Source: an uncultured Selenomonadaceae bacterium (lineage in GTDB: Bacteria > Bacillota > Negativicutes > Selenomonadales > Selenomonadaceae). From it: 64,000 nt of DNA. The first letter of the stretch is position 1; each line of letters opens with the position of its first letter. Under the pieces are notes generated by a model. That model did not search any database. It saw only the letters and a list, made by a program, of their open reading frames with translations, and was not told the DNA's origin. Where the stretch lies: the NCBI GenBank assembly GCA_905234365.1, contig CAJOHI010000007.1, positions 11,343 through 75,342 of the forward strand. Reading direction: 5' to 3'. Position numbers and translations under genes: made by a program. Of this stretch, positions 57,548-64,000 are shown in pieces.

Positions 57548-58717
57548 TTACACTTCGTTTTCAAGAATCTCAAAGTGTTTTTCGTAGAGATAATCAATTA
57601 AGTCGCGATCTTTTTCTTTGTTGACGTTTTCATCATATTCGTCGCTGATTTCTTCAAGATAAGGCACAGAATTTTCGTATTCGTAGGCGATTTGCTCAAA
57701 ATGTTCTTCGATCTTTCCATTTTCAATGCCAAGATTTTCTGTCATGACTTCTTCAAGGCGCTCAATATTCGGCAGCATATAGCTTACACCGTTGATATAA
57801 GCCCAATATCCCGGAACAATGCCGGTCTTTAAGCCGTCGCTGCTGTCTTCAGCATTTTTGAGCGTTTTTGCAATTTCAATCATCTGACTGACTGATAAAT
57901 CAGTACGGACAGCTTTTCTTGCCTCTTTGATAATTTCCGGCAATTTAATAACCATTGAAGGACTACTCAATTTGTCAAAACAAGCGCGTATAAAATTCTG
58001 CTGACGTCTGACACGTCCGGCATCGCCTTCTTCGTCACGATAACGAACATAAGTTACCGCCGTTTTTCCGTCCATGTGTTGCAAGCCAGGTTTTAAATCA
58101 ATAACCAGTCCGCCGTCATCGTCCCAAGGATCTTCGTACTGCATGCGCTTTTCAACGTCAATATCAATGCCGCCAATTGCATCAATCATATCAACAAATG
58201 AGTGAGTATTAACAATCACATAATGATTAATGTCAATTCCGAGAAACTGCTCAACCGTATTTTTGGATAATTTTTCGCCGCCGTAAGCATAAGCCGCATT
58301 AATTTTGTCATAGCCGTGACGCTTTATTTTGACTCTCGTATCACGAGGAATTGACAAAAGTGAAACGCTGTCCTGATTTGCGTCAAAAGAAGCAACTATT
58401 AACGTATCTGAACGGCCAACATCTTCGTTGCGCTCATCAACACCCATTAACATTATATTCAAACGCTCAGTGCTAGTTGGAGCGGTTTTTACAATATCAT
58501 TCAATGACTCTTTACTATTATTTTTGAATTGCTGTATAACTGTCATTTTCTGCGTTGAAATTTCCGGAAAGCTGAAATGGTTAAAATCGAAGCCTACGTA
58601 AAAAAGTAGTGAAGCCGCAGCAATACCAGCACTTGCAAACAGCATTTTAATTTTTTTATTCCGACGAGCAATTTTTTCACGCCTTTGAGCCATTCTCGTT
58701 CTTGGAGCACCAGTCAT
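57548..58717 (-). CDS. LCP (LytR-CpsA-Psr) family glycopolymer transferase
   Basis: N-terminal TM anchor, then NIMLMGVDER...GRSDTLIVASFD...VSLLSIPRDTRV...KINAAYAYGG. Confidence 0.88.
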   Translation of the reverse strand: MTGAPRTRMAQRREKIARRNKKIKMLFASAGIAAASLLFYVGFDFNHFSFPEISTQKMTVIQQFKNNSKESLNDIVKTAPTSTERLNIMLMGVDERNEDVGRSDTLIVASFDANQDSVSLLSIPRDTRVKIKRHGYDKINAAYAYGGEKLSKNTVEQFLGIDINHYVIVNTHSFVDMIDAIGGIDIDVEKRMQYEDPWDDDGGLVIDLKPGLQHMDGKTAVTYVRYRDEEGDAGRVRRQQNFIRACFDKLSSPSMVIKLPEIIKEARKAVRTDLSVSQMIEIAKTLKNAEDSSDGLKTGIVPGYWAYINGVSYMLPNIERLEEVMTENLGIENGKIEEHFEQIAYEYENSVPYLEEISDEYDENVNKEKDRDLIDYLYEKHFEILENEV

Positions 58718-58859
58718 TTTAAAATTACCTCCGCTGAAAAATACAATTTATAATTCCAACAATGTTATATAACAAAATTGTGGCAATTACATGAAAAATC
58801 GGTGTAATTTTAAATTTTTTTATGCTCGCAAGTTAAAAATTATGTGCTGAGGTACAATT

Positions 58860-59300
58860 TTAAAAATGATTTTCGAGACGTTGTTTAGCAAGCAGTTCAA
58901 ATTTTCCAATGCCAAAGTTTACATAAGGTTTTATTGCAATTCCGCCGCGAACGCTGAAATTACCAATCACTTCAATATAACGCGGTTCCAAAAGTTTTAT
59001 CAAATCGGTTGCAATAGTATTTACAACATCTTCATGAAATGTGCCAAAATTTCTGAAACTCGTCAAGTAAAGTTTTAAACTCTTGCTTTCGACGAGTTTT
59101 TTATTTGGAATGTAGCTTATTATAATGGTTGCAAAATCCGGCTGACGAGTTATAGGACAAACGCAAGTAAATTCTTCGCAAGTGAGTTTAACAAAATAAT
59201 CACGCTCCGAATTTTTATTTTCAATTGCTTCCAAAACTTCCGGAGTGTAATTGTATACGTAATTTGTTTCATTTCCTAAACTTTTGAGATTATTTGACAT
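58860..59300 (-). CDS. queF: NADPH-dependent 7-cyano-7-deazaguanine (preQ0) reductase
   Basis: [55 protein letters not shown] before ATG 59300 (the track ORF runs to 59336). Confidence 0.93.
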   Translation of the reverse strand: MSNNLKSLGNETNYVYNYTPEVLEAIENKNSERDYFVKLTCEEFTCVCPITRQPDFATIIISYIPNKKLVESKSLKLYLTSFRNFGTFHEDVVNTIATDLIKLLEPRYIEVIGNFSVRGGIAIKPYVNFGIGKFELLAKQRLENHF

Positions 59301-59329
59301 AAATAAAATGCACCTCCAATAAATTGAAA

Positions 59330-61093
59330 TTAACATTCCGAAGCAACTGACTGCTCAAAATAAACAGGCGAATTTTCTTCAACAATGATTTTTTCCTCAA
59401 TGTACGGCGATAAAAATTTATCTTCAAACGCAGCAGCCGGTTCAGGTCGCCCAAAGAGATAGCCTTGAATTACATCAGCGTGACACTGATTTTTAAGTAA
59501 TTCATATTCGTTAATATTTTCGACGCCTTCAATGCAAGTCTTAATTCCAATACTATGACAGAGCATTATTGTATAATGAATCAGTCGGCAGTCAAATTCA
59601 GATTCCAGAATATGTTCGACAAAGGCTCTATCAATCTTAACAATATCGCAGCTCAAATACTTCATTGAAGCAAGCGAGGAATTTCCTGTACCAAAATCGT
59701 CTATGGCAATTTTAATGCCTTGCCGTCGAAAGTCGTCGAACTGCCTGTTTACAAATGACCAATCTGCAACAATTTTACTCTCAGTCAACTCAAGTATGAT
59801 AGCATCCGAAGGCACTTTATAACGCTTTAAACAATCAAAAACAAAATCTTGAAAACTCAAATCTTTAAGCTGATCGTAACTTAAATTAATGCTGATTTTA
59901 AAATTTGAAATGATTTTTCGCCAGCGTTTTACAATTTTAATCGCTTCCTCAATTACCCAGCGACCAACCGGTAAAATTAACTTCGTCTCCTCAAGAATTG
60001 GAACAAATTCCGTTGGCGAAACCATTTTGCCTTTCGGATTTCGCCATCTTAACAACGCTTCAGCAGCAATTAAACGCCTGGTATTTGTTGCAATTTGCGG
60101 TTGAAAATAAATTTCAAAATCCGTACAGTTATTTTCAACACTTCTGCGAAGATATTCACGTATATAAAGAGACCGAACCCAACGATTATATTGTTCTTTC
60201 GTGAAAATGACGTTGCGATTTTTTCCTTCACGCTTTGCAAGGTCCATTGCCGCTTCTGCGTGTTTGTGAAGTACAAGATATTCGCGACCGGATTGAGGAT
60301 AAAAAACAGTTCCGGAAGAAATTGTGCAAAAGAAAGAACGACCATTTACAACGACAGGATTTAACAATGCCTTTTGAATATTTGAAAACAATTCGTTAAT
60401 ATCTGCCTCAACGGCACCGGGCAATACGACGGCAAAAGTGTCGCCATCGAGCTTGAAAAGTTTTAAACTATACGGCAGAATTGCAGAAACCGTGTTAGCA
60501 ACATGGCGCAAAACTAAATCACCGACTGCGCGATTGTGTGCCTCGTTAATCGTCTTAAAATTATCCAATCCGAACAGAAAAATAGCGCCGCCAATATTTT
60601 GCTCACGACAATTAATAAGTGCAAAATTGACTTCCTGCTCAAATTGATATTTGTTGAGTAAACCCGTAACTTCGTCAGCAGAATTTTGCGTTGCCATTTT
60701 ACTCATAATACCGAAAAAAATAATTGCCTCACCGTTGCTGTCGAAACCAAGTTTTGCTCTCGTACGTATCCAAATATATTTTCCTTTGCGATTTCTAATT
60801 CTGTTTTCCGTAACAAATTCCGGCGGATCATGATTTAACATTGTATTTTCAAAACCAATTATATAATCCGGCTGTTCTTCCTTGTGAATGAGCGGAAACC
60901 AATATTCACTAGTGCTGTTGATAATTTCGCTAGGCAAATTAAAATCCGAAACCAGGTTAGGTGTCACAAGTATCGTATTTGTCTTGAGATCAACCATAAA
61001 CATATAATCATTTGTTACGCTCTTAAACACGTCAAATAAAAATTTAAAACGGCTTAAAGTTGGCGTTAGTGCTGCACGATAATTTTTTTTCAT
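59330..61093 (-). CDS. PAS - degenerate GGDEF - EAL protein (probable c-di-GMP phosphodiesterase)
   Basis: The GGDEF signature position reads [11 protein letters not shown] (DGDTF). The EAL domain is intact: [36 protein letters not shown]. Confidence 0.88.
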   Translation of the reverse strand: MKKNYRAALTPTLSRFKFLFDVFKSVTNDYMFMVDLKTNTILVTPNLVSDFNLPSEIINSTSEYWFPLIHKEEQPDYIIGFENTMLNHDPPEFVTENRIRNRKGKYIWIRTRAKLGFDSNGEAIIFFGIMSKMATQNSADEVTGLLNKYQFEQEVNFALINCREQNIGGAIFLFGLDNFKTINEAHNRAVGDLVLRHVANTVSAILPYSLKLFKLDGDTFAVVLPGAVEADINELFSNIQKALLNPVVVNGRSFFCTISSGTVFYPQSGREYLVLHKHAEAAMDLAKREGKNRNVIFTKEQYNRWVRSLYIREYLRRSVENNCTDFEIYFQPQIATNTRRLIAAEALLRWRNPKGKMVSPTEFVPILEETKLILPVGRWVIEEAIKIVKRWRKIISNFKISINLSYDQLKDLSFQDFVFDCLKRYKVPSDAIILELTESKIVADWSFVNRQFDDFRRQGIKIAIDDFGTGNSSLASMKYLSCDIVKIDRAFVEHILESEFDCRLIHYTIMLCHSIGIKTCIEGVENINEYELLKNQCHADVIQGYLFGRPEPAAAFEDKFLSPYIEEKIIVEENSPVYFEQSVASEC

Positions 61094-61323
61094 ACAATTT
61101 CTAGCAGCTTAATTATAAAAATGCCGCAACCTCCTTATTTATTATTTTTCTGACATTCATAACTTTATATAATTTTAACGTTTAACTATCATTAATGTCA
61201 AGGTTATAATAAAATACTTTTTGGTTTTTAATTTTTTTATTGCCAATTTCAAAATTATTTCAGAAATAATTTGCGTAGATTTGAAATAAGTTTTATAATA
61301 AGTCAAATGAGAGGAGCGAGTTT

Positions 61324-61719
61324 ATGCAAAAATTTTTTCTTCAATTTGTTTTGATTGCAATAATTTTTACTGCGATTAATTTTCCTGTATGTTCTGCAAA
61401 AAATTTTACTTTTGTTGATGCTGAAGATGAAACAGGTTATTACGTTGACAAAGACACCGTTAAAATTGAAAGTTCTGAATCAATCGCGGCAACTATCGCT
61501 GTAGTTAAGGCAAACCTGAATAAAATGTATGTCTATAACGTGAGAATCAATCATAAAAATCAAACATATCAAATAAATTCGTCAAAAATTATGGAATATG
61601 ACAGCCAAAATGTTATAGAAACAAATGATAATGTCAGACCGTTTAGACCTTATGCGCCAAAATCGGAAATGGCAGAGTTGGTTAATTTTGTTCTATACGG
61701 CGACGACTTGATTAATTAG
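61324..61719 (+). CDS. hypothetical exported protein
   Basis: 131 aa with a GAGGAG RBS and signal peptide MQKFFLQFVLIAIIFTAINFPVCSA. No recognised domain. Confidence 0.55.
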   Translation: MQKFFLQFVLIAIIFTAINFPVCSAKNFTFVDAEDETGYYVDKDTVKIESSESIAATIAVVKANLNKMYVYNVRINHKNQTYQINSSKIMEYDSQNVIETNDNVRPFRPYAPKSEMAELVNFVLYGDDLIN

Positions 61720-61839
61720 CAGTGTTTTATGGTTAATTCTCCGTTAAAAATCGTAACGTAAATTTAACAAATCGGTAAATTTTGAAATTATAATCTTAAA
61801 AAAATTAATATTAAAATCATGAATGAGGAATTTTTAACA

Positions 61840-63363
61840 ATGAAAAAACTTTTTGCAATAATTACAGCTATTATAACTTTATGTCCTACAGCGACATTTG
61901 CAAAATACCGCTCAAATTCGGATACCGGCGTTGAAATTTTAGATTACATTGAAAATCGTCGGCGCGAAGAACGTGATAATCGATTGACTGAAGAACAGCA
62001 AAAGTTACTTGAGGACATTGATAAAGCTAAGGAACGGTTGCCTAATCCGAGCAGCGATAAGAATCAAGAATCGACTGCCGCACCTGCGATATTTGAAGGC
62101 GATAATTTAACTTACAATGCTGAAACCGGAGAATTTGTTGCAACCGGCAAAGTTGACATAATTCAAATTGACGGTCATAGATTCCAAAGTATCGAGGCTT
62201 TCGGCAATACAAAAGAGCAGGTAGTCAGAATACCAAGCAAGGCTCATGTTTTGCAGCTTACACCTGATGCGCCGCGTGTGACTCTCGACGGTTATCGAAC
62301 TGTTTACAATTACGGCACTAAGTCCGGCACAATGGGTGCCGCTCGTGGTAAAGTTGGAGAATATTATATCAGCGGCAAGAGATTTGAGTTTTATCCCGAT
62401 CATATTGTTGCTTATGACGCTTATCAGACAAAATGCGGCGCTCAAAGACCCGATTATAAAGTCAGCGCAAAAAAAATGGAAATTTGGCCGGAACAAGTCA
62501 TTAAAATGTATGATATTAAATTTTGGCTCAAAGATAACATAATTGGCACAAAAGATTACGACGAAAGAAAAATTGACGAATCGACAGAAAATAATTTTCC
62601 AAAAGTCGGTTACAATAAGGATCATGGCGCTTATGTTGAGCAAAGGTTTGAATATCCGATTGTCAAACATTTAAAAGGCGTTGCAAATGCTCACGTTGAA
62701 ACTAAAAAAGGTATTCGCAGCAATGCTGAAATTAGATACGACAACAGGAATTTTAGAAGCCGTCTTGTCTACGGTTTCTACGATGACAGCGACAATATCT
62801 GGATTCAAAAGGAACCTTCGCTGATTTTACATTATGGTCGTCATTTCGGCGGATTGCCGGTATCTTACGGATTAAATTACGAAATTGGTCATTGGCGTTC
62901 GGAAAAAGTTGCAAGTACTCACCAAAAATACGAAGCAGGTTTAAGTCACGATCCGATATGGCTCGGCAGATATGTAATGCTGCTTCATACGAGTTATACG
63001 ATTACAAAGGAAAGCGCAAACGATTCAACCGTAAAAGGTATGAATTATGATGCCGTAATGGGTAGAGAATTTGACGAGCGCTTTGCCGCATTTGCCGGTT
63101 ATCATTACAGAAAGAGTACCACAAAAAATTCTTTGTTTGATTTCGATAATGACGACTATTCAAGAAAATTTGAAACCGGTTTCAGTTATAAACTTGATGA
63201 CAAAAATCGCGTTGTAGTTGGTCTCGAATTTGACACAGACGAAGGCAGCCTTAAAGATGTGGACTATTATTGGTATCATGATTTGCATTGTTCGCAGTTA
63301 ATCATGCGCTATCGTGAAAAGCGTGATAAATTTGAAGCTCATTGGCAGTTTACGCCATGGTAA
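61840..63363 (+). CDS. outer-membrane beta-barrel protein with an OstA/LptD-like N-terminal region (putative LptD)
   Basis: Signal peptide MKKLFAIITAIITLCPTATFA. IFEGDNLTYNAETGEFVATGKVDIIQ resembles the OstA fold. Alternating-pattern strands follow, with a C-terminal aromatic end ...HWQFTPW. GAGGA RBS before ATG 61840. Confidence 0.5.
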   Translation: MKKLFAIITAIITLCPTATFAKYRSNSDTGVEILDYIENRRREERDNRLTEEQQKLLEDIDKAKERLPNPSSDKNQESTAAPAIFEGDNLTYNAETGEFVATGKVDIIQIDGHRFQSIEAFGNTKEQVVRIPSKAHVLQLTPDAPRVTLDGYRTVYNYGTKSGTMGAARGKVGEYYISGKRFEFYPDHIVAYDAYQTKCGAQRPDYKVSAKKMEIWPEQVIKMYDIKFWLKDNIIGTKDYDERKIDESTENNFPKVGYNKDHGAYVEQRFEYPIVKHLKGVANAHVETKKGIRSNAEIRYDNRNFRSRLVYGFYDDSDNIWIQKEPSLILHYGRHFGGLPVSYGLNYEIGHWRSEKVASTHQKYEAGLSHDPIWLGRYVMLLHTSYTITKESANDSTVKGMNYDAVMGREFDERFAAFAGYHYRKSTTKNSLFDFDNDDYSRKFETGFSYKLDDKNRVVVGLEFDTDEGSLKDVDYYWYHDLHCSQLIMRYREKRDKFEAHWQFTPW

Positions 63364-63399
63364 ATTTTTAATCCGGAATATGAATTATTTGGGGGTATA

Positions 63400-64000
63400 G
63401 TGTTGCAGAAATTAACATCATTAATAAAAAAGATGCTGGACAGAAAAATTTTAGTAATTGGCGATATGGTTGCTGATGTATATCTTACCGGAAATATTGG
63501 CAGAATTTCACGTGAAGCGCCGGTTTTAATACTTGACAACGTTGAGGAAAAAATCGTCGCAGGCGGTGCAGCTAATGTTGTTGCTAATGTTGCAACTCTT
63601 GGCGGTGAAGTTCACGCTGTCGGAGTTATAGGCGACGATAAACACGCTGAAGGACTTCGCAAAATCTTAGACTATTTTGAAGTTCACACCGAGGGCCTCG
63701 TAAATGATCCAAATCGTCCAACAGTTTCAAAGACCAGAGTTATCGCCGGCGGCAGAGCTACAGTTAGCCAGCAAATTGTCCGCATTGACAGAGAGAGTAA
63801 GGAACCAATTTCCAAAAAGTTGGAAGCAGAGTTAATTTCAAAGATTGATAAAATTTTGCCAAATGTTGAGGGTATAGTTTTAAGTGATTATGGCAGCGGC
63901 ACAATTACTGAAGGTGTCAAAAAATGGCTGATTCGTTATGCTGCTCAAAATAAAATTCCAAGCATTGTTGATTCACGCTACGATATCGGACGCTTTGAAG
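63400..64000 (+). CDS. D-glycero-beta-D-manno-heptose-7-phosphate kinase (RfaE domain I / PfkB family), 3' end outside the window
   Basis: The frame is open from GTG 63400 / TTG 63403: KILVIGDMVADVYLTGNIGRISREAPVLILD...AGGAANVVANVATLGGEV...KTRVIAG. GGGGG lies upstream as a possible RBS. Confidence 0.7.
   Translation, partial: MLQKLTSLIKKMLDRKILVIGDMVADVYLTGNIGRISREAPVLILDNVEEKIVAGGAANVVANVATLGGEVHAVGVIGDDKHAEGLRKILDYFEVHTEGLVNDPNRPTVSKTRVIAGGRATVSQQIVRIDRESKEPISKKLEAELISKIDKILPNVEGIVLSDYGSGTITEGVKKWLIRYAAQNKIPSIVDSRYDIGRFE

Overview
This 64-kb chromosomal window comes from a low-GC bacterium with strong Shine-Dalgarno sites. It also encodes a lipid A/LPS pathway: lpxC-fabZ-lpxA...lpxI, an LpxL-type acyltransferase, an LptD-like barrel and a heptose kinase. 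The host is therefore most likely a diderm Firmicute (Negativicutes/Halanaerobiales-like); this is an inference. The backbone is housekeeping: mutS, amtB-glnK, cydAB, metNI, obg, comEA, pyk, purD, clpX, lon, queF. Interspersed are signalling genes (three tandem hybrid histidine kinases, two proteins with degenerate GGDEF motifs). There are also surface/glycan genes: GT2, an FkbM methyltransferase, glf plus a DUF4422 transferase, a C-type lectin, and an RTX-like repeat protein of over 1100 aa. Four accessory highlights stand out. (i) An AT-rich ~6.7-kb defence islet lies at 16.5-23.2 kb. It holds a complete Type III R-M (mod/res) divergent from a two-gene operon. One operon gene encodes an XRE-HTH protein ending in an SSB-tail-like NFDVDIPF. 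The other fuses an unrecognised N-domain to a TIR-like (Cap12/PycTIR-type) domain. No partner gene of any described TIR system is present, so this is my top candidate for an undescribed defence system. (ii) An ATP-grasp / radical-SAM / aldehyde-dehydrogenase cassette is wedged inside the lpxA-lpxI operon, and its radical-SAM gene is split by a G9 tract (G10 would restore it). (iii) A second G9 tract sits in frame inside the FkbM methyltransferase. (iv) Inverted remnants of RTX-gene 3' ends bracket 13.6 kb. Four genes carry frame breaks, which could be real decay, phase variation or assembly error. I recognised no rRNA, tRNA, CRISPR array, transposase or integrase.
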